A stretch of 64,000 bases of DNA from an uncultured Eubacteriales bacterium (GCA_905210485.1 CAJLXA010000003.1:6152-70151); one strand, 5' to 3'; counted from the stretch's first letter, positions 35,745 to 44,565 are shown. A program made the numbers and translations. Notes: generated by a model from the letters alone, not told the origin.

Positions 35745-36776
35745 TTATTCTTTTTCTTCCGGCGTGTGGATGGATACTTCGGAAAGAGGGTTTTTGTCCA
35801 TGGCATTTTTCATGTTTTCGTTGCTGACATGCGTATAGATCTGTGTGGTATTGAGTTGCTCGTGACCGAGAATATCTTTCAGCACACGGACGTCCACCTT
35901 TCCGCACTGATACATCAGTGTGGCGGCTGTATGGCGCAGTTTGTGTACGGAAAAACCGCGTCCGCCGAGTCCGGCGGCATCAAGATACTTGTAGACGATA
36001 TGCTGTACCGTTTTGACGCTGATGCGTTCGCCGCGGCCGCTGATAAAGAGGGCAGGGGTCTGCAAATCGCTTTTGTGTTGCTCCTGCCGTTCCCGGATAT
36101 AATCAATCAGCGCGGCTTTGCAGGCGTCATTCAGGTAGACAACGCGTTCTTTATGTCCCTTGCCGATGACGGTAAGCGAAACAAGACCGGGGCGGAGATC
36201 CGTCAGATTGATGGAAACAAGTTCCGATACACGCATACCGCAGTTCAGAAAAAGTGTGATGATCGCGTAATCGCGCAGTACGGTTTTTGACGCTTCGTCG
36301 TTTTTGACGGCGGAGAGAAGCATAAGCGATTCGTCAAGCGTCAGATATTTCGGAAGCGAAACCTGTCTTTTCGGACCTTCAATGTCCGCTGTCGGGTCTT
36401 TTTTCAACCATTTTTTCGTTTTGACAACAAATTTGAAAAACGATTTCAGCGAGGTGATTTTTCGCGCCCGCGCCGACCAGCCGTTATTCCGGTCGTTGGC
36501 AACAAAATTCAGAAATGCATAAATATCGCTCTCGCGTATGCCGGAAAGAAATTCGAGATCGACGCGGGAGATATCCGTGTTTTCAAACTCTTCGCCTTCG
36601 GTCGTCGTTCCGTTTTGCGTGGCAATCAGAAAACGGAAAAAGGTGCGCAAATCATAAAGATATTCGCACACGGTTTTTTCCGAACAGTTTTCGATGACCG
36701 ACTTGTGCGCCGCGAAGTCACGCATGATTTCGGGAAAAGATTTGAATTCTTCACTTTTTAAAGTCAGAACCGCCAT
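35745..36776 (-). CDS. Tyrosine-type site-specific recombinase (XerC/XerD/integrase family)
   Basis: 343 aa from ATG 36776, with GGGAGG upstream. GMRVSEL carries the Arg, HKLRHTAAT the HxxR motif, and LGHEQLNTTQIYTHV the His and Tyr nucleophile. Confidence 0.85.
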   Translation of the reverse strand: MAVLTLKSEEFKSFPEIMRDFAAHKSVIENCSEKTVCEYLYDLRTFFRFLIATQNGTTTEGEEFENTDISRVDLEFLSGIRESDIYAFLNFVANDRNNGWSARARKITSLKSFFKFVVKTKKWLKKDPTADIEGPKRQVSLPKYLTLDESLMLLSAVKNDEASKTVLRDYAIITLFLNCGMRVSELVSINLTDLRPGLVSLTVIGKGHKERVVYLNDACKAALIDYIRERQEQHKSDLQTPALFISGRGERISVKTVQHIVYKYLDAAGLGGRGFSVHKLRHTAATLMYQCGKVDVRVLKDILGHEQLNTTQIYTHVSNENMKNAMDKNPLSEVSIHTPEEKE

Positions 36777-36959
36777 AATAACCTCCCAACTTATCATTTT
36801 AATATCATTATACAAAATTTTAATAATATTTAGTGGATAAAGTGTAAATTTTTTATGATACAGATTGTTTTTTTACACACAATTCGCTAAAATGTATGTA
36901 AACACGCCTGAATATTCTGGAACGTGAAACCCCGATACCGAAACTTAAGGAAATATTCG

Positions 36960-37577
36960 ATGAATCGTATAAAAAGTCTGATAAAAGAAAACAGCAATCT
37001 CATCATCCGCCTGTTTGTCACCCATATCGGCATGATTATTTTCGGAACCGTTCTGGCAACGGCCTCGGCGTCTTACGACAATATTTTAATGTTTGTCAGC
37101 TTGTTTTCCATCTGCTTTTATATGGCGCTCCTGTATGTTTCCGCATGGGAGCAGGGATCAAAAGATGTGATCCGCGCCGATGCGGGACGTATTCCGCACC
37201 GTCCGTGTCTCGGTTTTCTCCTTGGTGCCGTCGCTTCGTCCGTGGGCTTCCTCCTCGTTTTTCTGATGCTGATCGGATACTTTTTCGGTTATGCGCCGCT
37301 TCACAGCGATTTCGGCATGGGTCTCTACGGCGTTTGCCGCGTGATCATCGCTTTCTGGCAGGCTCCGTATCTCGGTCTCGCCGGCACGTTTTTTTCAACC
37401 GGCACGGTATATACGGTATTCGGCGCCGTCGTCACCAGCGAGTGTTATTATCTTGTCAATATGCTGTTTTATTTCCTTACCACATTGCCGGCGGTGGCGT
37501 TTTCGGGCATCGGCTATCTGTTCGGATACAAGAATTTCCGTATTTTTTCTCCGATGAGCCGCAATACGAAAAAATAA
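36960..37577 (+). CDS. Hypothetical polytopic membrane protein
   Basis: About 205 aa with 5-6 hydrophobic segments. I recognise no motif. Confidence 0.5.
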   Translation: MNRIKSLIKENSNLIIRLFVTHIGMIIFGTVLATASASYDNILMFVSLFSICFYMALLYVSAWEQGSKDVIRADAGRIPHRPCLGFLLGAVASSVGFLLVFLMLIGYFFGYAPLHSDFGMGLYGVCRVIIAFWQAPYLGLAGTFFSTGTVYTVFGAVVTSECYYLVNMLFYFLTTLPAVAFSGIGYLFGYKNFRIFSPMSRNTKK

Positions 37578-37648
37578 CCCCGCCGCCATGCGGAATAGTC
37601 TGACAAAATCCCCCATACACTGATAAAAACGGTGCTTGGGGGTTTTTT

Positions 37649-38410
37649 ATGATTCGCGGTATCCTGTCATTCGGAAAAAGCGCTGCTGTCCGCGCCGGCG
37701 CGGCGGTTATGCTGATGTCGCTTTTGTTTTATATTTCGTCGCTTCTTATATCGGCAATTTCCTGGGATGAACCGATTCCGGCGGTCGGCACAGGGGATTA
37801 TGAGGGCAGAACGGTGATTCTGGACGCGGGTCACGGCGGGGAAGACAGCGGCGCTGTCGGCGTGAACGGTGTACCGGAAAAGGAACTGAATCTTGCCGTT
37901 ACCACGGCGCTCGCCGCCATGTTGCGCAGCGCCGGCGTGACCGTTATCGAAACGCGGACGGAGGATCGCCTTCTCTATCGCCCGGCGGAGAATATAAAGG
38001 GACAGAAAAAAATGTATGACCTACGCAACCGTCTGGCGGTGGCCGAAGAAAATCCCGACGCGCTTTTCATCAGCGTTCACATGAATACGTTTACCGACGC
38101 CAAATACAGCGGTTTTCAGATTTATTATTCCGAGAACCGGGAGAGCAGTCGTATTCTGGCAGGGGAATTGCAGGATCTTGTGAAAAAATACCTTCAGCCG
38201 GAGAATAACCGGAAAATCAAAGCGGCCGGGGACAATATCTATCTGCTCGACCGCGCAAAAGAGAATCCATCCATCCTGATTGAATGCGGATTTATCTCCA
38301 ATCCCGCGGAATGTGAAAAACTTTCTTCGGAAGATTACAGAAAACAGTTGAGTTTTATTCTGTTTTGTGGTATCATGAATTATATGACAGAAAACAAAAC
38401 GAGTCCGTAG
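37649..38410 (+). CDS. cwlD: N-acetylmuramoyl-L-alanine amidase, CwlD-like
   Basis: An N-terminal TM segment is followed by ILDAGHGGEDSGAVG, SVHMN and IECGFISNP (Amidase_3 zinc ligand pattern). Confidence 0.8.
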   Translation: MIRGILSFGKSAAVRAGAAVMLMSLLFYISSLLISAISWDEPIPAVGTGDYEGRTVILDAGHGGEDSGAVGVNGVPEKELNLAVTTALAAMLRSAGVTVIETRTEDRLLYRPAENIKGQKKMYDLRNRLAVAEENPDALFISVHMNTFTDAKYSGFQIYYSENRESSRILAGELQDLVKKYLQPENNRKIKAAGDNIYLLDRAKENPSILIECGFISNPAECEKLSSEDYRKQLSFILFCGIMNYMTENKTSP

Positions 38411-38425
38411 AAAGGAACGTCGGAA

Positions 38426-39808
38426 GTGAAAAATAGAAAAAGTCTGTTTGTTTGCACGGAATGCGACTATCAGAGTCCGCGATGGCTCGGCCGATGTCCG
38501 GAATGCGGCGCGTGGAACACGCTCGAAGAGCGTGAAAATCTGCCGGAAACTCCGGCTCCGGCGACCCATACCCGCACCAAAGCGCCGGTTCCCGCGGAAA
38601 AAATCCGCGATATGGAACTTCCGGCATATATGCGCTCGAAAACCGGCATGGGCGAACTTGACCGCGTTCTCGGCGGCGGGCTTGTGCAAGGTTCGGTCGT
38701 GCTCCTCAGCGGTGAACCGGGGATCGGCAAATCCACGCTTCTTATGCAGATCGGCGGCGTGCTCAGCCGTCATGCGACGGTATTATACATATCGGGAGAA
38801 GAATCCGGCGGTCAGCTGAAACTCCGTGCGGAACGGCTTTCTCTTGCAACGGAGGATATGTATCTTCTGACCGAGACGTCGGTCGACGCTTTGCTTCAGG
38901 AATGTAAAAGGCTGTCGCCGGACGTGGTCATTGTGGATTCAATCCAAACGGTATACAGCGATAAACTTTCCTCTTCACCGGGGTCTCTGGCGCAGGTGCG
39001 CGAGAGCGCGATGGCGTTTATCGCCTATGCGAAATCCGAGGGATGCGCCGTTTTTCTTGTCGGACATGTCAACAAGGAAGGCGGCATTTCCGGCCCGAAA
39101 ATACTGGAACACATGGTGGACGCCGTTCTGTATTTTGAGGGGGACAAGCGCCTTTCTTATCGTATGATACGCGCCATGAAAAACCGTTACGGTTCCACAA
39201 ACGAGATCGGTGTTTTTGAAATGACCGATCGCGGACTTGAGGAGGTTCCGAATCCCTCTGAGGCAATGCTGGAGGGAAGAGTGACCGACGCTTCCGGCAG
39301 TGCGATCGGTTGCGTCATGGAGGGAACGCGCCCCCTTATCTGCGAAGTACAGTCCCTTGTTTCGCAGACGGTGTTCCCGGCTCCCCGCAGAACGGCGGAC
39401 GGCTTTGACTATAACCGCATGTGCCTTTTGCTTGCCGTTCTTGAAAAGCGTATCGGCCTGCGTTTTTCCGCGAATGACGTATATCTGAATGTGGCGGGTG
39501 GTCTCAGAATCGACGAACCCGCCGTAGACCTGACGGTGGCGCTGTCGCTGATATCGAGCATAACCGATCACGCGATTCCGCCGGGATTTATCGCATTCGG
39601 CGAGATTGGACTTTCGGGAGAGGTGCGGAGCGTTTCTCATGCGGAAAATCGTGTGCGCGAGGCCATTCGCCTTGGCTTTCGGAAAATTGTGATGCCGGCA
39701 CGGGATGTAAGAAAGAATATGGTGTTGCCGGATGGTGCGGAACTGATCGGTATCCGCAGTATGCTGGAACTTTTACCGCTTCTGAAAAAGAGCGACAAAA
39801 CTCTTTGA
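38426..39808 (+). CDS. radA: DNA repair protein RadA/Sms
   Basis: CTECDYQSPRWLGRCPECGAW zinc finger, GEPGIGKST Walker A, KNRYG motif and a Lon-protease-like C-terminus. The start is GTG. Confidence 0.95.
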   Translation: MKNRKSLFVCTECDYQSPRWLGRCPECGAWNTLEERENLPETPAPATHTRTKAPVPAEKIRDMELPAYMRSKTGMGELDRVLGGGLVQGSVVLLSGEPGIGKSTLLMQIGGVLSRHATVLYISGEESGGQLKLRAERLSLATEDMYLLTETSVDALLQECKRLSPDVVIVDSIQTVYSDKLSSSPGSLAQVRESAMAFIAYAKSEGCAVFLVGHVNKEGGISGPKILEHMVDAVLYFEGDKRLSYRMIRAMKNRYGSTNEIGVFEMTDRGLEEVPNPSEAMLEGRVTDASGSAIGCVMEGTRPLICEVQSLVSQTVFPAPRRTADGFDYNRMCLLLAVLEKRIGLRFSANDVYLNVAGGLRIDEPAVDLTVALSLISSITDHAIPPGFIAFGEIGLSGEVRSVSHAENRVREAIRLGFRKIVMPARDVRKNMVLPDGAELIGIRSMLELLPLLKKSDKTL

Positions 39809-39812
39809 AAAA

Positions 39813-39845
39813 CAGGGAACGCCCGGTGGCGTTCTCTGTTTTTTT
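39813..39845 (+). terminator. Rho-independent terminator after radA
   Basis: 11-bp stem CAGGGAACGCC/GGCGTTCTCTG with a 4-nt loop, followed by a run of 7 T. Confidence 0.85.
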
Positions 39846-39887
39846 GGTAGCGGCGGCACATCATTTTGAACAACTCATAAAAAAATG

Positions 39888-39916
39888 TTGATTTTTTTAT
39901 GAGTGAATGATATAAT
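39888..39916 (+). promoter_or_regulatory. Sigma-A-type promoter ahead of a 375-nt leader
   Basis: TTGATT (39888-39893), 17-nt spacer, TATAAT (39911-39916). Confidence 0.6.
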
Positions 39917-40306
39917 ACAAGCGATAAAGAATGATGAAAAGGAGCAAACGCTCGCAACCTGAAACCGTTCGTTCCGAATGTTTTGCATGCGAAAACGGCA
40001 AATCAAAGCGCAAAACGAAAATCGGCTCCGAACGCCTCACACTGCTGAAAGAACGCCGGGTCGAACGAAAGTATAACGAGAATGTTTCATGTGTCGGAGT
40101 CGGGGCGTATCATGGCGGCAGTTGATGTTATAGCAACAATTGCGGCGACAGTCTCCGGAGCTTAATTTATATAAGAATTTCAAAGCAACGCAGAAAACAC
40201 AGCAATATTTTTGCCGTAATACGGTCAATAATTATAAAAAAGTCAATGTGTCGCCGGCGGCAAAAACTTATTCTGTATCTTACATTGCGATTGAGGAGTG
40301 GGAAGC

Positions 40307-41347
40307 ATGGCCAAGGAAAAAATCCTGTTGAAGGAAAACGATCTGCTTATTGAAGAAAAGGACAGCGTCATGGATATCCGTGATCTGGAGATAGAAAACA
40401 ATGCCACCGTCGCCCCGGACGATTCGGAATCCTATGAAGGGGGAGACGAAGCGGCAACAGAAATGCCCGCCGTTAAAAAAGAAAGAAAAAAGCGGTGGGG
40501 GGATCGTTGCGACGGTCGGTTGCTTCGCACGTTAACGCCCTTTTCAAGGGTCATTCCATTTATTATGCCGCGCCGCTCCGACGCGCAGAATTACTTTGAA
40601 GATATTATTGATATTACCGCCATTGAAGATTACATTGCCGAAAAGCATGCCGCGGGGTATAAAAACGTCGGACTTCTTCATGTCATTATCGCGGCGTATG
40701 TACGCACGATTGCCCAGCGACCGGGCGTCAATCGTTTTGTAGCAGGGCAACGCGTCTATGCACGGAAAGGCATCACCGGCGTTATGACAATCAAGAAATA
40801 CCTGGCCGTTGATTCGCCGGATACGTCGATCAAGGTGAATTTTGATCCCTATGATACGGTTTTGGATGTCTGCCGCAAATTTACGGATACGGCGGAAAAG
40901 GCGCTTTCCGCAAATACAGACTTTGACAAAACGGCGGCAAAACTCGTGAAAATGCCGCGTTTCCTGTTCCGCGCCGCCATCAGATTCCTGATGTGGCTTG
41001 ATTACCACGGTCGTCTTCCGAAATCGCTTCTGAATGTCAGCCCTTTTCACGGCTCGTTTGTCATTACCAGTATGGGGTCGCTCGGTATTGATGCCATATA
41101 TCATCATATATATGACTTCGGCAACCTGCCGGTGTTTATTTCTTACGGTAAGAAAATCACGCGCAACGTTATTGAAAAGGACGGCACGGTTACCGCGCAT
41201 CATTACATCACGTTCCGCGTGGTTACGGACGAGCGTATATGCGACGGATATTATTACGCATCGGCGTTTAAATTGCTGAAACGATACATGCTTCATCCCG
41301 ATTGGCTTGATGTGCCGCCGCGCGAAATATTGGAAGACATTGACTGA
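40307..41347 (+). CDS. 2-oxoacid dehydrogenase E2-like (CAT-fold) acyltransferase catalytic domain, with no lipoyl domain
   Basis: An acidic N-terminus is followed by ...HVIIAAYVRTIAQRPGVNRF... and ...VVTDERICDGYYYASAF (compare the E2 DHRxxDG motif). ATG 40307 lies 9 nt after GAGGAG. Confidence 0.6.
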   Translation: MAKEKILLKENDLLIEEKDSVMDIRDLEIENNATVAPDDSESYEGGDEAATEMPAVKKERKKRWGDRCDGRLLRTLTPFSRVIPFIMPRRSDAQNYFEDIIDITAIEDYIAEKHAAGYKNVGLLHVIIAAYVRTIAQRPGVNRFVAGQRVYARKGITGVMTIKKYLAVDSPDTSIKVNFDPYDTVLDVCRKFTDTAEKALSANTDFDKTAAKLVKMPRFLFRAAIRFLMWLDYHGRLPKSLLNVSPFHGSFVITSMGSLGIDAIYHHIYDFGNLPVFISYGKKITRNVIEKDGTVTAHHYITFRVVTDERICDGYYYASAFKLLKRYMLHPDWLDVPPREILEDID

Positions 41348-41429
41348 GCGCGGCCAATCGTTTACGGGCACTATGCGGGCAGGGAATCGGAAAAATTTGA
41401 AAAAATATATAAAAAATATGTTTTTGCTC

Positions 41430-41458
41430 TTGCAAAACGCAAAAACATATGATATACT
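41430..41458 (+). promoter_or_regulatory. Sigma-A-type promoter of tRNA-Ser
   Basis: TTGCAA (41430-41435), 17-nt spacer, TATACT (41453-41458). Confidence 0.6.
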
Positions 41459-41480
41459 ATACAAGTACCGATTCCGATAC

Positions 41481-41569
41481 GGAGAGATATCGAAGTGGTC
41501 ATAACGGCCCTGACTCGAAATCAGGTAACCCGAAAGGGTGCGAGGGTTCGAATCCCTCTCTCTCCGCCA
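41481..41569 (+). tRNA. tRNA-Ser (anticodon CGA), with encoded CCA
   Basis: Acceptor stem GGAGAGA/TCTCTCC. Anticodon stem CCTGA/TCAGG with loop CTCGAAA. A long variable arm (TAACCCGAAAGGGTGC) is present. T-arm GAGGG-TTCGAAT-CCCTC. Discriminator G followed by CCA. Confidence 0.9.
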
Positions 41570-41571
41570 AA

Positions 41572-41596
41572 AAGCACGCAACAGCGTGCTTTTTTC
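41572..41596 (+). terminator. Rho-independent terminator after tRNA-Ser
   Basis: AAGCACGC/GCGTGCTT stem followed by a T-run. Confidence 0.75.
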
Positions 41597-41796
41597 ATAA
41601 GCGGCGATAAACAAAAGAATATACATGTTAAAATGAGCGAGCCGCCGCACAAGTCATTGCGTTTGTGCATTAAGAACATAAAATGTAAACTGCAGTTTGC
41701 ATTTTATAGGAATTTGCGCTTTGCACGGCGTTTGTTGTCATTTCGCCGGCATAATGCCGGCGCCGGAAATACACAGGAGAAAAGGAGATTACCAAA

Positions 41797-42291
41797 GTGA
41801 AACGTGCCGAATACATTAGCTGGGACGAGTACTTCATGGGAGTTGCGCTTCTGGCGGCGCAACGCAGTAAAGATCCGAATACCCAAGTGGGAGCGTGCAT
41901 CGTGAACACGGATAACCGCATTTTATCCACGGGATACAACGGCTTTCCGTATGGTTGCTCGGACGATGAGTTTCCCTGGGACAGAAACGGTGAAGACGCC
42001 AACAATACAAAATATCCTTTTGTCGTCCATGCCGAACTTAACGCGATATTGAACGCGCGGGGGAAGTCTCTCGCAGGCGCCCGGATATATGTAGCGCTTT
42101 TTCCCTGCAATGAATGCGCAAAGGCCATTATACAGTCGGGAATCAAAGAAGTAGTCTATCTTTCGGATAAATACGCCGACACTTCCGCAACGCAGGCATC
42201 AAAGAAAATGCTCACCTTTGCCGGCGTGAAACTGACGCGTCTTTCCGTTTCCCGGAAAACGATTGTTCTCGATTTTGATGTTGAAAAATGA
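41797..42291 (+). CDS. comEB: dCMP deaminase (ComEB-type)
   Basis: ISWDEYFMGVALLAAQRSKDP, HAELNAI and PCNECAK zinc motifs. GTG start after AAAGGAG. Confidence 0.88.
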   Translation: MKRAEYISWDEYFMGVALLAAQRSKDPNTQVGACIVNTDNRILSTGYNGFPYGCSDDEFPWDRNGEDANNTKYPFVVHAELNAILNARGKSLAGARIYVALFPCNECAKAIIQSGIKEVVYLSDKYADTSATQASKKMLTFAGVKLTRLSVSRKTIVLDFDVEK

Positions 42292-42325
42292 GCATATCGG
42301 TCTTTTGAATGAAAAAGACATCGGT

Positions 42326-42364
42326 AAAAATGCCCGGCGCAAACATGCGTCGGGCATTTTTGTA
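42326..42364 (+). terminator. Rho-independent terminator after comEB
   Basis: ATGCCCGGCG/CGTCGGGCAT stem flanked by an A-run and a T-run. Confidence 0.75.
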
Positions 42365-42658
42365 TGAATAGGGGAGCATGATGTTTATGGGGTGCAAAAA
42401 GCATAGTGGCGAATTGTCTTCTGATTTTCCGAAGAAGAAATATCTGAAAACATTTTGTTATATATGGCCGGGAGGCGGTAACATCGCAATTGAAAAATAG
42501 AAGAAATTGTCAATTGCTTTTTGGAATCGGTTGCCTGATTTTTTGAAAATCAATTCTGCTTATTGGCATTGTGCTGAAAAAATAAAAGGAATAAATTTCT
42601 ATTTTTTGTGTGTTTAATTCCATTTTCTACCTTATACACAAATTTTTCAATTTTTCTC

Positions 42659-42715
42659 TTGACAAATTGTCATTGCTGTGCTAAAATACAACATAGGTAC
42701 GGAAACCTATGTTGT
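42659..42715 (+). promoter_or_regulatory. Consensus-like promoter plus a 5'-terminal 11-bp hairpin
   Basis: TTGACA (42659-42664), 17-nt spacer, TAAAAT (42682-42687). The perfect hairpin ACAACATAGGT-ACGGAA-ACCTATGTTGT follows immediately at 42688-42715. Confidence 0.65.
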
Positions 42716-42731
42716 ATTGGAGGAAACGGCT

Positions 42732-42863
42732 ATGAAAAACACTTATGAAACCCCTGATTTTGAGGAAATTGTTCCTGTCACCGACACGAATGGTAACGTG
42801 ACCTCTACAGAGAACGACAACATGGAAAATATCGGCACGATTATGCCGCCGAAGTCCCTGTAA
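42732..42863 (+). CDS. 43-aa acidic small peptide of unknown function
   Basis: GGAGGA (42719-42724) lies 7 nt before the ATG. Sequence: MKNTYETPDFEEIVPVTDTNGNVTSTENDNMENIGTIMPPKSL. It has its own promoter and terminator (42915-42944). The track's longer 61-aa start lies inside the hairpin. Confidence 0.5.
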   Translation: MKNTYETPDFEEIVPVTDTNGNVTSTENDNMENIGTIMPPKSL

Positions 42864-42914
42864 TATTCGACAATACATATTGAGCGGATTTTTATATCAA
42901 TAAAGTTTTTCCCG

Positions 42915-42944
42915 AAAAAGGCAAAGTGAACGCTTTGCCTTTTC
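42915..42944 (+). terminator. Rho-independent terminator of the small-peptide transcript
   Basis: AAGGCAAAG/CTTTGCCTT stem with a 6-nt loop, followed by a T-run. Confidence 0.7.
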
Positions 42945-42972
42945 GCCGTTAACCTGAAACCGAAAATATAAT

Positions 42973-43010
42973 AAACAGAGAAGCACCGCAAACGCGGTGC
43001 TTCTCTGTTT
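42973..43010. terminator. Bidirectional terminator (serves glcK)
   Basis: 17-bp perfect inverted repeat AAACAGAGAAGCACCGC/GCGGTGCTTCTCTGTTT with a 4-nt loop. Confidence 0.85.
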
Positions 43011-43018
43011 GAATCTGA

Positions 43019-43984
43019 TTATTGTTTGATGCCGAGGCCGGCGGCGCCGATGATGCCGGCGTCGTTGCCCAGTTCGGCAATGACGACCTTTGTTTTTTTC
43101 ACATTATTGCGGGTGTACTGTTCTTTGTCCATAATGGCGAGCAGGGGATTCAGGAGGTATTCGCGTTCGTTGCAGATGCCGCCGCCGATAGAGAGGACTT
43201 CCGGTTGGAAAATATTGATCATGTTGACAAGTCCGCAGGCAAGCAGGGCGATATATTCGTCGACAACCGCTTTTGCCGCAACGTCGCCTTGCTTCATGGC
43301 GGAAAATGCCGTGCGTGCCGTGACGTGATTGCCGTTGTCGCTGTCCGCAAGCATCAGGGTCGGAATGTCTTTGAGGCGACATTCGGTAATCTTTTCCTTT
43401 GTCATATTGGTGAGACCGGTCGCGGAGGAATACGCTTCAAAGCAACCGCGCCGTCCGCAGGAGCACTGACGACCGTTATATACGATTACGGTGTGACCGA
43501 GTTCGGCGCCCGCATGATTGAATCCGGAATAGACCTTTCCGTCGATGATGATGCCGCCGCCGACGCCGGTGCCGAGCGTAATCATGACGGAATTACGCGT
43601 TCCTTTTGCCGCGCCGACGAGTGCTTCCGCCAATGCGGCCGCGTTGGCGTCGTTTTCAATCAACACCTTTTTTACGGGAAGATACTTCTTAAAGATGTCG
43701 GCGATAGGGAAGTTCCTGAAAGGGAGGTTGTTGGCATATTCCACAACGCCGGTGTCGCAATTGGCAATGCCGGGAGTGGCGATACCGACATAAGCGACTT
43801 CGGAAAGAGGAATACCGGCTTCGTTAAGCAGTTTTTCCGTGAGAGCAGCCATGTCTTTGACGATCAGATCGCCGTCCCGGTTGGCGCCGGTGGGAACACT
43901 GCCTTTTTTTACAATCTTGAGACTTTCGTTGACAATACCGACGGCGATATTCGTGCCGCCGAGATCAACACCGATATAATACAT
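43019..43984 (-). CDS. glcK: ROK-family glucokinase
   Basis: MYYIGVDLGGTNIAVG, the GHTVIVYNGRQCSCGRRGCFEAY zinc motif, and ELGNDAGIIGAA. Confidence 0.88.
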   Translation of the reverse strand: MYYIGVDLGGTNIAVGIVNESLKIVKKGSVPTGANRDGDLIVKDMAALTEKLLNEAGIPLSEVAYVGIATPGIANCDTGVVEYANNLPFRNFPIADIFKKYLPVKKVLIENDANAAALAEALVGAAKGTRNSVMITLGTGVGGGIIIDGKVYSGFNHAGAELGHTVIVYNGRQCSCGRRGCFEAYSSATGLTNMTKEKITECRLKDIPTLMLADSDNGNHVTARTAFSAMKQGDVAAKAVVDEYIALLACGLVNMINIFQPEVLSIGGGICNEREYLLNPLLAIMDKEQYTRNNVKKTKVVIAELGNDAGIIGAAGLGIKQ

Positions 43985-44565
43985 AGAAGTACTCCTTTAC
44001 ATAAACCGATCTTTACGGTTTCATTATCCCTATTATAATAGGAAGAATCGGGCCTGTCAAGAGGTATTCCGGCATTTTCGGATCTGCCGGCGACCTTTTT
44101 TGTATTCTTGATCGGAAATTGCGTTATTTGACAAAATTGTTGCTGAACGGTGTAAAGGCTGCGTGAAAATCACGTGAAAAATCATTTTTGTGCAACTTGC
44201 TACTTCGTAAAAAAAACGACCTGTTTTTTGTGCAAAATGACGTTGAAAAATAGCCTTTGCCGGCATGAAAATCACCCCTTCCGCACGATTGTTAAGTAAT
44301 TGATAATTACCCGATTGAAAAACAGGAAAGAATTCTATCTGTAATATGGCACTTTTTGTTACGTTTTATCGCGAAAATACAAGGAAAAACGCAAAATATT
44401 TAAGGGAGCAACATTCAAAACATGTTCGCAATTTAAAATTACTATCAAAATCACGAAGAACGGTCGCAAAGCGAACGTTAACAAAAAGTTCATATTTCTC
44501 ATAAAAAACACAAAGGAAATCGGAGAAACGCTTGTTATATTTTGGTTTTGCAGGCTTTTTTACTC

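Noticed and set aside
34177-36900. Searched for a direct repeat of the ssrA 3' end that would delimit an integrated element
   Set aside because: No copy of 12 nt or more of GACTCCCCTCGGGTCCACCA was found by eye in the window. The island idea is kept only as a low-confidence inference.
39923-40297. Tried to classify the long leader as 6S RNA or a known riboswitch
   Set aside because: The 5' and 3' ends are not complementary, so there is no 6S-like closing stem. None of the conserved cores I know (TPP, SAM, FMN, B12, GEMM, ydaO, ZTP, T-box) is present. It is left as an unexplained finding rather than a call.
40544-41650. 368-aa minus-strand ORF
   Set aside because: It is antisense to the E2-like gene and runs straight through the tRNA-Ser gene and its promoter. 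No motifs are present.
42378-42500. 40-aa ORF (MMFMGCKKHSGELSSDFPKKKYLKTFCYIWPGGGNIAIEK) after the comEB terminator
   Set aside because: GGGGAG abuts the first ATG with almost no spacing. There is no promoter I can point to and no recognisable family. The evidence is insufficient to call a gene.
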